A stretch of 64,000 nucleotides of DNA. Origin: an uncultured Eubacteriales bacterium. Its GTDB lineage: Bacteria; Acidobacteriota; Aminicenantia; Aminicenantales; Aminicenantaceae. Made by a program: the position numbers and the translations under genes. Each line of letters starts with the position of its first letter. Position 1 is the first letter of the stretch. The stretch is from contig CAZPBN010000001.1 of NCBI GenBank assembly GCA_964584935.1, forward strand, positions 174,046-238,045, in the 5' to 3' direction. The notes under the pieces are model-generated. The model had not been told where the DNA came from. It searched no databases and saw nothing but the letters and a program-made list of their open reading frames with translations. Below are positions 10,188 to 20,844 of the stretch, piece after piece.

Positions 10188-12794
10188 CTATCTTCTTTTT
10201 CTTTTCTTTTTTCTTTTTTTGGGAATGAGGGATCTTGCATCTTTGGTCTTCACCGAAGGCGTATTTTGAGGTCTTTTGAAATAGATAGGTTGCTCTTTTC
10301 TTTCTGGGATTTCTTCCTCAACCACAGGTTGGAACAGAAACAGATAACGTATTTGTTCTTCTTCTATTCTGTCCATCATGGATTGGAACATATCATAACT
10401 TTCTTTTTTATATTCAATCAAAGGATCTCTTTGACCATATCCCCTTAGTCCTATTCCTTCTTTAAGATAATCCATACCTAATAAATGGTCTTTCCACTGA
10501 GAGTCTAATATCTGAAGCAATACGATTCGTTCAAATTCCCGCATCTGGTTCTCACTTATTATCTTCTCCTTCTCTTCGTACATATTTTTAAGTGTCTTAA
10601 TGGTCAGATCCCTCAGTTCATCAAAATTTATGGTATCCCAATCAATATTCAACTCTCTAAGGTCCAAACTAAACTGAGAAAGTATCGCATTTATTAAACT
10701 TTCCACATCCCAGTCATCCGGATCTTTATCTTTATTTGTATGAGTATCCATAAACCAGTCAACCAGACTTTCAATCAACTCAAATATATATGATTTCATA
10801 TCTTTTCCAGAAAGAATTTCCCTTCTTTGTTTATAAATGGATTCTCTCTGTTTGTTCATCACATCATCATATTCAAGCAAATGTTTTCGTATGGAAAAAT
10901 TTCGCCCTTCAACCTGTTTTTGAGCTCTTTCTATGGCTCTGGTTACCATATTATGTTCAATAGGAACACCTTCTCTCATTCCTATTCTGGACATAAGCCC
11001 AGAAACTCTTTCACTTCCGAATATACGCATCAAATCATCTTCCATAGAAAGATAAAAACGGGAAGCCCCTGGATCCCCCTGTCTTCCTGCTCTTCCTCTA
11101 AGCTGATTATCAATTCTTCGGGCTTCATGGCGTTCAGTCCCAATAACATAAAGACCTTGAAGGTCTATGACTTTCGAATGTTCCTTATCGGTTATTTCCT
11201 TTGCTTGTTTGTTCGCTTTTTCTTTTTCGTCTAGTGAGGGGTTGGTAGGATCAATCCCTTTTGTTCTCAAACTCTCATCTGCAAGGTATTCTGGATTCCC
11301 TCCTAACAGAATATCCACACCTCTACCAGCCATATTGGTAGCAATGGTCACGGAATTAAGTCTACCAGCCTGAGCAATTATTTTTGCTTCCATTTCATGA
11401 TATTTTGCATTGAGTACATTATGATTGATTTTCCTTCTTTTTAATAACTTACTCAAGTGTTCAGATTTTTCTATAGAAGTCGTTCCCACAAGCATAGGAC
11501 GACCTTTTTGGTTTTTGTCAACAATATCTTCAACGATGGAATTCCATTTTTCTTGAGCTGTTCGGAAAATGACATCCGGGTATTCTCGCCGATCCAGTGG
11601 TTTATTGGTTGGAATTTCTACTACATCCAAATCATAAATGGAGTGAAATTCAGTCGCCTCAGTCGCCGCAGTCCCAGTCATTCCTGCCAGTTTATCATAC
11701 ATACGGAAATAATTCTGAAAAGTAACCGAAGCCAGAGTTTGATATTCTTCTTCTATTCTTACTCTTTCTTTGGCTTCTAAAGCTTGATGAAGACCATCGC
11801 TGTAACGCCTTCCCGGCATTAACCTTCCTGTGAATTCATCGACAATGATAACTTTTCCATCTTTGACCATATAATCCACATCTCTTTTAAAAAGATGATG
11901 GGCTTTTAAAGATTGATTGATATTGTGTATGGTGTCCATATGAGATAAATCATACAGATTATCAATTTTAAGAAATTTCTCTGCTTTAGAGACTCCTTCT
12001 TCAGTGAGCGTTACCGTTCTTGTTTTTTCCTCGACTTGAAAATCCTTATCTTTGTTCAAACGCCTGACAAGATTGTCAGCACGGTAGTAAACAGATGTCG
12101 TTTCTTCAGAAGGTCCAGATATAATTAAAGGAGTCCTTGCTTCATCGATAAGGATACTATCAACCTCGTCAACAATGGCATAATTATGCTGTTTTTGCAC
12201 AAGATCAGACTCGCGAAATTTCATATTGTCTCTCAAGAAATCAAATCCAAATTCATTATTGGTTCCGTAAGTAATATCTTTTTTATATGCCTCCTGTCTT
12301 TCACTCTCAGGTATATCATGCTGAATGTTCCCTACCTCCAAATTCAAAAAGTTGTAAATAGGTCCCATCCATTCCGTATCTCTTTTTGCCAGGTAATCAT
12401 TAACTGTTACAATATGGACTCCTTTTCCTTGCAAAGAATTAATATAGGCAGGAAGGGTGGCAACCAGTGTTTTTCCTTCTCCTGTTTTCATTTCTGCTAT
12501 CTTTCCCTGATGCAGAACAACTCCACCAATTAGCTGGACGTCAAAATGGCGCATATTGATAGTCCTCCTGGCAACTTCCCTGACCACCGCAAAAGCCTCA
12601 TGAAGAATATCCTCTATAGTAGCTCCCTGATTCAGTTTCTCTTTGAATTCTGCTGTTTTTGCCTGGAGTTGGCTATCACTGAGGTTCTTTATTTTTGGTT
12701 CTAACTTGTTTATTGCCGTCACATAGGGCTTCAGCTTTTTCAATTCTCTTTCATTTTTTGTTCCGAATATTTTTCTTACGACTAGTTTAAACAT
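10188..12794 (-). CDS. secA: preprotein translocase ATPase SecA
   Basis: 868 aa with DEAD-like motor motifs; the C-terminus is a poly-Lys/Arg tail without a CxxC zinc finger. Confidence 0.95.
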   Translation of the reverse strand: MFKLVVRKIFGTKNERELKKLKPYVTAINKLEPKIKNLSDSQLQAKTAEFKEKLNQGATIEDILHEAFAVVREVARRTINMRHFDVQLIGGVVLHQGKIAEMKTGEGKTLVATLPAYINSLQGKGVHIVTVNDYLAKRDTEWMGPIYNFLNLEVGNIQHDIPESERQEAYKKDITYGTNNEFGFDFLRDNMKFRESDLVQKQHNYAIVDEVDSILIDEARTPLIISGPSEETTSVYYRADNLVRRLNKDKDFQVEEKTRTVTLTEEGVSKAEKFLKIDNLYDLSHMDTIHNINQSLKAHHLFKRDVDYMVKDGKVIIVDEFTGRLMPGRRYSDGLHQALEAKERVRIEEEYQTLASVTFQNYFRMYDKLAGMTGTAATEATEFHSIYDLDVVEIPTNKPLDRREYPDVIFRTAQEKWNSIVEDIVDKNQKGRPMLVGTTSIEKSEHLSKLLKRRKINHNVLNAKYHEMEAKIIAQAGRLNSVTIATNMAGRGVDILLGGNPEYLADESLRTKGIDPTNPSLDEKEKANKQAKEITDKEHSKVIDLQGLYVIGTERHEARRIDNQLRGRAGRQGDPGASRFYLSMEDDLMRIFGSERVSGLMSRIGMREGVPIEHNMVTRAIERAQKQVEGRNFSIRKHLLEYDDVMNKQRESIYKQRREILSGKDMKSYIFELIESLVDWFMDTHTNKDKDPDDWDVESLINAILSQFSLDLRELNIDWDTINFDELRDLTIKTLKNMYEEKEKIISENQMREFERIVLLQILDSQWKDHLLGMDYLKEGIGLRGYGQRDPLIEYKKESYDMFQSMMDRIEEEQIRYLFLFQPVVEEEIPERKEQPIYFKRPQNTPSVKTKDARSLIPKKRKKKRKRR

Positions 12795-12840
12795 TTGGAT
12801 AATTTTAAACAGAAAGTCCTTCTATTGTCAATCACATTAC

Positions 12841-12876
12841 TTGCGTTGATTGCGTTTGTAGCGTTATTTGCGTTTT
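12841..12876. repeat. four head-to-tail 9-bp units (TTGCGTTGA TTGCGTTTG TAGCGTTAT TTGCGTTTT) in the secA 5' region
   Basis: perfect 9-bp periodicity read directly from the sequence; same unit family as 28443-28496. Confidence 0.55.
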
Positions 12877-12939
12877 GGGGGAATGATAGGACACCAGTCC
12901 TTGGAGAGAATAAAACCTTAGTAATAAACGAGAGCTGAT

Positions 12940-13143
12940 TTATTTGTCTTTTTCTTCCTCAACCGGAATGACAATCCATGCAATAAGGTAAAAAATGACC
13001 ATGGGAACAACGGCTGACAACAATGCAATTCCTACAAAAATGAGTCTTATAACAGTCACATCAACGTCAAGATAATCTCCCAGTCCGCCGCATACTCCGC
13101 CGATCATTTTTTTTGTCATGGAACGATATAATTTCTTAGCCAT
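12940..13143 (-). CDS. PspC domain-containing membrane protein
   Basis: [24 protein letters not shown] followed by a TM helix; 67 aa. Confidence 0.7.
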   Translation of the reverse strand: MAKKLYRSMTKKMIGGVCGGLGDYLDVDVTVIRLIFVGIALLSAVVPMVIFYLIAWIVIPVEEEKDK

Positions 13144-13213
13144 TTTTTATGTCCTAATAAAATAAAGTTCTTTCTACTTTTTTATACGGAACAAAAAGAA
13201 ATTTGTTCAGAAA

Positions 13214-13429
13214 TTATTTCTCTATGTTCTCCAAATATTGATTCAACTCTTCGACTAATTCTTGGGGACTTCTGATCCCATCTTCCTCTAACAGCTCTCC
13301 CAAGGTGCACCACAAAGGTTCCCCACATCTTATACAGCGCACTCCCCTTTCAGAAAGAAACCGAACAGATTTGGGATGGGTGTCTATAAGATCTTCGATA
13401 GGCATTTCTAATTTTACCCTTGATTTCAT
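13214..13429 (-). CDS. small DUF1858-like redox/disulfide domain protein
   Basis: 71 aa with CIRCGEPLWC; resembles the hybrid-cluster-protein-associated small domain. Confidence 0.45.
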   Translation of the reverse strand: MKSRVKLEMPIEDLIDTHPKSVRFLSERGVRCIRCGEPLWCTLGELLEEDGIRSPQELVEELNQYLENIEK

Positions 13430-13466
13430 AACTAATGTTTTTTTCTGTCAATACTCCCTGGTCGAT

Positions 13467-15221
13467 TCAATATCTCCAACTGGTAATGTCTGCTCCATCA
13501 GGAGCTGTTTTGAGAATGCGTTCTTCAATTCTCGGAATAAACATCTGATGATAGCGTAGACGGGAGATGGCATTGGGTCTTGAGTGATCTCCATTCCAAC
13601 AGTGTTCGGCTCTGTCTCCGTAATCCACAACTCCCTCATAATAGGGATCCTCTGTGCTTTCAAGAAATTCTTCCATGAGATAAACAGCATTATTCAAATA
13701 ATAATTATCCATATCCCCGCAGTATATGTGAATCTTTCCCTTGAGTTTTGGACCCAGAGTCTCCCAGTCTCTTTGGAGAATATGACAGAGGTCATAATTT
13801 TCTTTCCAATATTTTGCCACCTTATGGTCAATTTCACCCGTCATTTTATCCCAAATTCGCTGGGGATAACCATCTTCACCCACAGGACTATAAACAGCTT
13901 CCCAAATATCCCATTGATCTCCAGAACGGGATTTTGTGCCCAAAACCAGCTCCCTGTGGTTGGATTGCTCCAGGGTGCAGCTAATATGTCCAAGCCAATT
14001 CCTTCTTCCTGGTCTGGGGGTTTGTTTCCACTGTTCATCAAGATAATAAGCATTCTTATCTTTATAAATATTAACCACTGTATAAGCACGGAAATCGATG
14101 GGATCAGGGCATGCGGCATAACATCCATTGAATTCTTCGGGATAAAACACCTGAACCGCAAACGCTTCCCATCCCCCGGTTGAACCACCGTAGGTAAAAC
14201 GAGACCACCCTTCCCCGATACAACGGAACTTCTTTTCTATATAAGGAACAAGTTCGTACATTATGGCGTCTCCATAAGGACCCACGTTTTCGGAATTGAC
14301 AGCATAAGAATCATCATAAAAAGGATTGGCGTGCTGTACTTTGATAACAACCATCCTGGGGAAATCCGGATCTGTCCATTTTTTATAAAATTTATAGGCA
14401 TATTCCTGTTGAATTCTGTTATAGCCTTTTATATCAAATCTTGCACTGTAATCAGGTTCCAAATCAGGATCAGGTGGTTTCTCCCTGAATCCTGAGAATG
14501 TGTAGGGAAAGTGTCCGTGGTTTATAACCAGAGGATACCGGGCTTCCGTGTGTTCATCAAATCCTTCAGGAAGAAGCACACAGGCACCAAGATACATCGG
14601 CCGCCCCCAAAATTTGGAAAGCAGTTTGCTTTTGATTTTAATATGTTTTATGTATTTTGTATCCTCAGGAGGAGGGATAGCAGGAATTTTCTCATCGAGA
14701 TGAACGGTTGCTCGGGTTCCTGACTTGAGTTCCATCCATTCCGGTTTGCTGTATAAATTTCCAGGAGCCCTGTTCCAATGCTGACCCTCTCCTCTATCCA
14801 TGGGCATTTGTATCACATGTCCATCAGCCCGATGAAATGTTTCATAAATATGAAGCAATGCCTGAACATAGTATTTTCCTTCAGGGATACCGGATAGGCT
14901 TTTCACGGGATAACCAAAAACATTTTTATCAATAATCATTACCTGTTCCGGCTTCATTCCGTTCACATCAATCCCAAAAATCACGGCAGTATCCGGTCCG
15001 TCATTAATCTGAAAACGAGGCTCTCTTTCGCTGCTTTTGGAAAGCATCAGAAACAATCGTCCGTCCAGAGGTTCCTTGTTGAGAGCCCTAGAAAATGAAA
15101 TTCCAAAACTCATATGACTTATATGATCTGTCCTATCCTTGGTTGCGGAAGAAAAGCATAAACCTGCAAACAATAAAATAGAAACAAAAATAATGAACCG
15201 TTTTGAATAAATGTTGTTCAT
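13467..15221 (-). CDS. secreted alpha/beta-hydrolase (putative esterase) family protein
   Basis: signal peptide, GGSTGGWEAF nucleophile elbow (G-x-S-x-G), 584 aa. Confidence 0.5.
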   Translation of the reverse strand: MNNIYSKRFIIFVSILLFAGLCFSSATKDRTDHISHMSFGISFSRALNKEPLDGRLFLMLSKSSEREPRFQINDGPDTAVIFGIDVNGMKPEQVMIIDKNVFGYPVKSLSGIPEGKYYVQALLHIYETFHRADGHVIQMPMDRGEGQHWNRAPGNLYSKPEWMELKSGTRATVHLDEKIPAIPPPEDTKYIKHIKIKSKLLSKFWGRPMYLGACVLLPEGFDEHTEARYPLVINHGHFPYTFSGFREKPPDPDLEPDYSARFDIKGYNRIQQEYAYKFYKKWTDPDFPRMVVIKVQHANPFYDDSYAVNSENVGPYGDAIMYELVPYIEKKFRCIGEGWSRFTYGGSTGGWEAFAVQVFYPEEFNGCYAACPDPIDFRAYTVVNIYKDKNAYYLDEQWKQTPRPGRRNWLGHISCTLEQSNHRELVLGTKSRSGDQWDIWEAVYSPVGEDGYPQRIWDKMTGEIDHKVAKYWKENYDLCHILQRDWETLGPKLKGKIHIYCGDMDNYYLNNAVYLMEEFLESTEDPYYEGVVDYGDRAEHCWNGDHSRPNAISRLRYHQMFIPRIEERILKTAPDGADITSWRY

Positions 15222-15324
15222 TCAAACCTCCCTTTCAAAAAACACACTTTTCTTTTTTCAAGATAATTCAATGAACGGCTCTATGGAAACATAGAATAAA
15301 CCGCTCTTGTATTAAAAATTTTAT

Positions 15325-16848
15325 CTATTCTCCGAATTTAATTCCCTGAGCAAGGGGGAGCTCGTCTGACCAGTTTATAGTATTGGTTTGACGTCTCATA
15401 TAAGCTTTCCAAGCATCAGAACCTGATTCTCTTCCTCCTCCTGTTTCTTTTTCTCCTCCAAAAGCTCCTCCTATTTCAGCTCCCGAGGTTCCTATATTGA
15501 CATTGGCAATTCCACAGTCTGAACCTTTAGGAGAAAGAAATTTTTCTGCCTCCGGCAGGTTTTTTGTGAAAATAGCGCTGGAAAGCCCCTGGGGCACTTC
15601 GTTATGAAGGGTTAAAGCTTGATCGATATCCTCATATTCCAATAAATACAGGATAGGGGCAAATGTCTCCTCATGAACGATATCAGATTGATGGGGCATT
15701 CTAATAATGGTTGGCTCAACAAAGCGTTCTCCCAGGTCTGGAAGAGCATTTCCACCATAAATAACTTCTCCTCCCTGTTCTTTGGCTTTTTCTATAGCGA
15801 CCATCATATCTTCAACCGCGGCTCTGGTCACAAGGGGCCCCATCAAAATTCCTTCCTCTAAAGGATTTCCGATTTTGACCTGCTTATAGGAATTGACAAT
15901 CTTATCCGTTAATTCAGATGCAATGGACTTATGCACAATGATCCTTCTTGTCGAAGTGCAGCGCTGGCCAGCTGTTCCCACGGCACCAAACAGAATTGTC
16001 CTTACAGCCATATTCAAATCTGCCTCCCCGGTTACAATAATCGCATTATTTCCGCCCAATTCAAGGATTGTTCTTCCAAACCGCCGGGCGACAGCTTCAG
16101 AAACTATTCTTCCCATTTTAGTAGAACCGGTGAACGATATGAGAGAAATCCTTTTGTCATTGATCATCTTTTCTCCCACGACCGAACCGCGGCCAATCAA
16201 AAGTGAAAATATTCCCTTGAGTCCATGATCAGCCATCACTTTATTGGCTATTTTTTGAACAGCAATCGAAGTCAAAGGAGTATCTGAAGAAGGCTTCCAA
16301 ATTGTTGTATCACCGCATACAGCAGCAATGGCAGCATTCCAGGACCACACAGCCACTGGAAAATTAAAGGCAGTAATCACTCCCACTGCTCCTAACGGAT
16401 GCCATTGTTCATACATTCTATGAGAATGCCTTTCCGACTGCATGGTTAATCCGTACAGTTGTCTGGAAAGCCCTACTGCAAAATCACAAATATCAATCAT
16501 CTCCTGGACTTCACCGGTTCCTTCCGCCTTTATCTTTCCCATTTCAAGAGATACCATTTCCCCTAGAGGTTCTTTATTTTCTCTTAAAGCATCTCCAAAA
16601 TCCCGGATAACTTGACCTCTTTTGGGAGCAGGAAGCATTCGCCATTGTTTGAACGCTTCAACCGATTGACTGAGGACTTTTTCATAGGTCTTCTCTGTGG
16701 CTTGAAGAACTTTGGCAATGGGCTCTCCTGTGGCTGGATTGAATGAAACAAGTTCCTTTGCCTCAGAATCCTTATACCATTCATCAGTCCCTGCACAGGA
16801 TCCAAGGTTCACACGTTCAACCTTCAATTTATCCAATAATGGCTTCAT
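15325..16848 (-). CDS. aldehyde dehydrogenase, ALDH7 (alpha-aminoadipic/piperideine-6-carboxylate semialdehyde dehydrogenase)-like
   Basis: ELGGNNAIIV and catalytic GQRCTSTRR; N-terminal region typical of the ALDH7 subfamily. Confidence 0.65.
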   Translation of the reverse strand: MKPLLDKLKVERVNLGSCAGTDEWYKDSEAKELVSFNPATGEPIAKVLQATEKTYEKVLSQSVEAFKQWRMLPAPKRGQVIRDFGDALRENKEPLGEMVSLEMGKIKAEGTGEVQEMIDICDFAVGLSRQLYGLTMQSERHSHRMYEQWHPLGAVGVITAFNFPVAVWSWNAAIAAVCGDTTIWKPSSDTPLTSIAVQKIANKVMADHGLKGIFSLLIGRGSVVGEKMINDKRISLISFTGSTKMGRIVSEAVARRFGRTILELGGNNAIIVTGEADLNMAVRTILFGAVGTAGQRCTSTRRIIVHKSIASELTDKIVNSYKQVKIGNPLEEGILMGPLVTRAAVEDMMVAIEKAKEQGGEVIYGGNALPDLGERFVEPTIIRMPHQSDIVHEETFAPILYLLEYEDIDQALTLHNEVPQGLSSAIFTKNLPEAEKFLSPKGSDCGIANVNIGTSGAEIGGAFGGEKETGGGRESGSDAWKAYMRRQTNTINWSDELPLAQGIKFGE

Positions 16849-16875
16849 AAAATCCTCCTTCTCATTATCATAAAA

Positions 16876-18504
16876 TTATTTCTCTTCCATAAAAGGATAT
16901 CTGTAATCTGTGGGTGGAACCAAATTCTCTTTCACTGCTCTGGCACTAGTCCATCTTAAAAGGTTTAAATAGGAACCTGCTTTATCATTGGTCCCAGAAC
17001 CACGCGCTCCTCCGAATGGCTGTTTTCCCACAACCGCACCTGTTGGTTTATCATTGATATAGAAATTACCTGCAGAATGCCTGAGTTCCCTGTAAGCCTC
17101 AATGATAGCCTTTCGGTCATTGGCAAATATCGCACCGGTTAAGGCATAAGGAGAGGTTGAATCACAAATTTTCAGAGTCTTGCTGTATTCTGTTTCTTTG
17201 TACACATAAACAGTTAATACAGGTCCAAATATTTCCTCTTTCATTAATTTAAAATCAGGAACAGAGGCAACAACCACAGTCGGTTCTATGAAATATCCTT
17301 TGGAATCATCATAGCTTCCACCCTGAATGATTTCCGCGTCTTTTGAATTCTTTGCATATTCAATATATTCCACGATGGAGTCGAAAGCAGCTCGGTCTAT
17401 AACGGCTCCAATAAAATTTGTGAAGTCCGTTATATCTCCCATTTTAATAGTCTTGATTTCCTCTATCAATCGCTCTTTTAAGGAAGGCCACAAATTTGAC
17501 GGAATATAGGCACGGCTTACAGCTGAACACTTCTGACCCTGGTATTCAAAAGAACCCCGCACTAAAGCAGTGACCACCGCATCGATATCGGCAGAAGAAT
17601 GGACAAAGACAAAATCCTTTCCTCCTGTTTCTCCCACAATGCGCGGATAACTCCTGTAGTTCTTTATGTTTGAACCAATGGTTTTCCACATTGCCTGAAA
17701 TACCGAGGTGCTTCCCGTAAAATGGACTCCGGCTAGTCCCGGCTTTTCAAGCACAGGGTCTCCCACATATCTCCCCGGACCGGGAACAAAATTGATAACG
17801 CCATCCGGCAATCCTGCTTCTTTCCATAGCTGAGCCAGATAATAGGCAGAAAAGACAGCCGATGAGGCGGGTTTCCATAATGTCACATTCCCCATCATTG
17901 CCGGAGCCACAGGAAGATTCCCTGCAATTGAGGTGAAATTAAATGGAGTGACAGCAAACACAAATCCTTCCAGAGGACGGTATTCCATATAATCCCATAT
18001 TCCTCTTGATGAATCCGGTTGTTCCGAATAGATCTGGTGCATATAATACAAATTAAACCTGTAAAAATCGATCAATTCACATGCAGAATCTATTTCTGCT
18101 TGATGGGGAGTCTTTGATTGCCCCAGCATGGTCGCCGCATTTGAAATCAATCTGTATTTTGTCGAAAGAAGATCTGCTGCCCGCATAAAAATCGCTGATC
18201 GAGAAACCCAATCCATTTCAGACCATTCTTTCCATGCTTTCAGGGCTTCTTTGACTGCCATATCAATTTCTTTAGGACCTGCCTTGTGATATTTGGCTAG
18301 CAGATGTTTATGATCATGAGGACAGCGGCAATCAGCCATATCACCAGTCTTGACCTCTTTTCCACCAATGATCAATGGTATCTCAATTTCTTCCCTTAAC
18401 ATTTTATCCATCTGTTTCTTTAATGCATATCTTTCAGGCGTTCCGGGAGCATAGCTATAAAGCGGTTCGTTAGACGGAGTCGGTATTTTTATTATTCCAT
18501 TCAT
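16876..18504 (-). CDS. L-glutamate gamma-semialdehyde (1-pyrroline-5-carboxylate) dehydrogenase
   Basis: 542 aa, ALDH4-like N-terminus, catalytic GQKCSAVSR, C-terminal PFGGARGSGTNDKAGS. Confidence 0.7.
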   Translation of the reverse strand: MNGIIKIPTPSNEPLYSYAPGTPERYALKKQMDKMLREEIEIPLIIGGKEVKTGDMADCRCPHDHKHLLAKYHKAGPKEIDMAVKEALKAWKEWSEMDWVSRSAIFMRAADLLSTKYRLISNAATMLGQSKTPHQAEIDSACELIDFYRFNLYYMHQIYSEQPDSSRGIWDYMEYRPLEGFVFAVTPFNFTSIAGNLPVAPAMMGNVTLWKPASSAVFSAYYLAQLWKEAGLPDGVINFVPGPGRYVGDPVLEKPGLAGVHFTGSTSVFQAMWKTIGSNIKNYRSYPRIVGETGGKDFVFVHSSADIDAVVTALVRGSFEYQGQKCSAVSRAYIPSNLWPSLKERLIEEIKTIKMGDITDFTNFIGAVIDRAAFDSIVEYIEYAKNSKDAEIIQGGSYDDSKGYFIEPTVVVASVPDFKLMKEEIFGPVLTVYVYKETEYSKTLKICDSTSPYALTGAIFANDRKAIIEAYRELRHSAGNFYINDKPTGAVVGKQPFGGARGSGTNDKAGSYLNLLRWTSARAVKENLVPPTDYRYPFMEEK

Positions 18505-18621
18505 TTTTTATTCCTCCATTTCTCAATAATGATGAACCTGAGTAATCCAGGTAAATTATATATTATCAATTTTTTTCAACAAAATCTAAATGATTCATTA
18601 TTAAACATACCTAGGAAGCAT

Positions 18622-19167
18622 CTATAATCCCAATTCTTTATCGATTCCCTGCATGGCTCCCAGACAAAGGGTAATAAATTCATCAAGCTCCACTCCTAAA
18701 TGACGGCATTCTTCGATGATATGACGATGAGCTCCCTTAGCAAAGCTTTTTTCTTTATATCTTCTTTTCACAAAACCAAGATCCAGCTCTTTGAGTTTTT
18801 TACTCGGATGCATCAGTGTGGCAGCAATGATCAAACCAGTCAAAGGGTCTATGGAATAAATAGCCCAATCCATTTCATTGGTGCACGATACCTGTCCCGC
18901 GTGAGCCTGTATGGCATGAACCACATCAGAATCGATATCATAGTTACTCAGGATTTTTACTGTTTCCTTTGTGTGCTGTTCAGGATTTTTTTCAGTCATT
19001 TCATAATCCAGGTCATGAAGAATTCCTGCTAATTCCCATTTGTCTTCATCTTGATTGAGTTTTGAAGCCACTGCTTTCATACAAGAAGCCACAGCTAACG
19101 AATGCTTAACTAGATTTTTATTCTTTAAATATTTTTTAACTAGTTCCAGAGCTTCATTTTTATTCAT
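18622..19167 (-). CDS. HD/HDIG domain phosphohydrolase
   Basis: H...HD...H...D metal-binding pattern (HSLAVAS, ILHDLD), 181 aa. Confidence 0.7.
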   Translation of the reverse strand: MNKNEALELVKKYLKNKNLVKHSLAVASCMKAVASKLNQDEDKWELAGILHDLDYEMTEKNPEQHTKETVKILSNYDIDSDVVHAIQAHAGQVSCTNEMDWAIYSIDPLTGLIIAATLMHPSKKLKELDLGFVKRRYKEKSFAKGAHRHIIEECRHLGVELDEFITLCLGAMQGIDKELGL

Positions 19168-19201
19168 AAATTTTCCTCCTTTCTGATAATTTTAACCCAT
19201 C

Positions 19202-20578
19202 CTAATTTTTCTCCACAATAACAAACTCCATAGTCGTTTCTGCCTTCTCAATCTCATCATAAATTTTCACCTTTATTTTATATTCACCTTTCTTATCCGG
19301 ATACCATGTCCATTCATTATTCTCCGATCTCTCCTGAACAACGGTTTCCTTTTCCTCCTCCAGCAAATAGAATTCATACTCTGGTTTAAAAAATCCATGT
19401 GATGAAGCACTAAAAATGATAGCCTGGTCAACTTCTTGCGGTGATTTCTTTGAGGATTTCAGAATAGCTTTCACTTCCTTTTTCAAAAACAATACATTTC
19501 CCTGATCTCTCTTGAAATCATATGTGCAAACCAAAAGAAAAGGTTTTTCCCACACCGGATTTGAATAAATACGCTCTTTTGCTTCAAATGTTCCAGTCAA
19601 TTTTCCTGTTTCCATATCAAAACAAACAAGATAAGGGGAGAATGATGAAGTAACTATTTTATCCTCAATTACTTCCATTGAATAATTACTCCTGGAAGGA
19701 ATTGTCTTCCACCAGAGTATTGTTCCATTTCTTCTATTCAAACAGTAAAGGACACTGTTCCAGGCAATGAATAAAACATATTTTTTGGAAATCACAGGGG
19801 GCAAAATAATCTTGCTCCCTGCTTGTATTTTCCACTTAACATATCTCTGTTTCAAATCAACACAATAAAAAAAATGATCATTGGCTCCAAAATAAACATC
19901 TCCTTCTCCAATAAGAGGAGAGGATCTGATTTCTCCTTTAACCTTCAACTGATCGATTATTTGTCCTTGCTCACTCACAAAATAGAGACAAAAATCATCG
20001 CATCCAAAAATAATTTGATTGTTCCAAAAAACAGGAGTTGTTCTTATTCCCTTTCTTGCCTTAAAATGCCAAATTTCTTTCCCATTCAAAGCTGCCAGAG
20101 AATAAAATTTTCCTTCCTTTGTACCCAAATAGACTTTATCTTTATTCACTCCTATTCCCGAAGTGATTTTTTCAGGAACTTTTTTCTTCCATATGAGTTC
20201 TCCCTCTGAGTCAATGCAAAAAAGAGATGATTCACTATACACATAAACTTCCTTCGAACCCAAGTACACCGGACTAACCAGTGGTTCAGGAGCTTTAAAT
20301 CTCCATGTCAATTTTTGCTCCTTGCCATTGATACAAAAAACGGTCCCATTTCTGGTTGAGAAGAAAAGAGAGTCATCTCTTTTCTTTATATTCTGAATGA
20401 TTTCTCCCTCATAATTGAAGCGAGTTTCTATCTCGACTGGAAATATAATTCCTTCAGGATAAGTACTGACAGGGGATTGAAAAATGGAACAATGGATTAA
20501 AATCAGATTTAAAAAAAACACAATGATTATTTTTCCCTTAAAGTTATGAATTAATCTCATGATTGAAATTATTATCAT
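19202..20578 (-). CDS. PQQ-like beta-propeller repeat protein (BamB-like fold), secreted
   Basis: signal peptide and repeated W/Y-containing beta-propeller blades. Confidence 0.5.
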   Translation of the reverse strand: MIIISIMRLIHNFKGKIIIVFFLNLILIHCSIFQSPVSTYPEGIIFPVEIETRFNYEGEIIQNIKKRDDSLFFSTRNGTVFCINGKEQKLTWRFKAPEPLVSPVYLGSKEVYVYSESSLFCIDSEGELIWKKKVPEKITSGIGVNKDKVYLGTKEGKFYSLAALNGKEIWHFKARKGIRTTPVFWNNQIIFGCDDFCLYFVSEQGQIIDQLKVKGEIRSSPLIGEGDVYFGANDHFFYCVDLKQRYVKWKIQAGSKIILPPVISKKYVLFIAWNSVLYCLNRRNGTILWWKTIPSRSNYSMEVIEDKIVTSSFSPYLVCFDMETGKLTGTFEAKERIYSNPVWEKPFLLVCTYDFKRDQGNVLFLKKEVKAILKSSKKSPQEVDQAIIFSASSHGFFKPEYEFYLLEEEKETVVQERSENNEWTWYPDKKGEYKIKVKIYDEIEKAETTMEFVIVEKN

Positions 20579-20844
20579 ATCATTTTATTCCGTATTCCTC
20601 CAATCTTTACAATAATTTCTGAAATTGTTAATATCCAAAAAGTGAGATAATGATAAACTATATACTTGTTTATAAAATTAGGAAAAAAGTAAAGAAAATT
20701 CTCAAAGAGAAGATTGCTGACGGAGAGCTTCTGACCACAGAGAAATCATGCGTGGGGTGTATCGTTGATGACATCAGTTGGGAAGTATATTATTTATTTA
20801 AAGAAAGCGGACAAACAAAAGAGTAATTTCAGGTCGTTTTGAAA

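Noticed and set aside
10178-10240. N-terminal extensions in the ORF track for guaB (to 10240), fabH (to 45231) and hypF (from 49391)
   Set aside because: Each extension overlaps the neighbouring gene and precedes an internal ATG with a better RBS that matches the family's usual N-terminus; the internal starts were used.
10827-11234. Antisense ORFs of 60-200 aa embedded in secA, the esterase gene, feoB, the ALDH genes and others (for example 10827-11234, 13584-14183, 2814-3317, 15893-16228)
   Set aside because: They lie entirely within, and opposite to, well-supported genes with recognisable products, and have low-complexity composition typical of chance ORFs in AT-rich DNA.
12841-12876. CRISPR array interpretation of the 9-bp, 7-bp and AGTCTAT repeats
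   Set aside because: The units are 7-9 bp and contiguous, with no spacers and no cas genes; they are not CRISPR.
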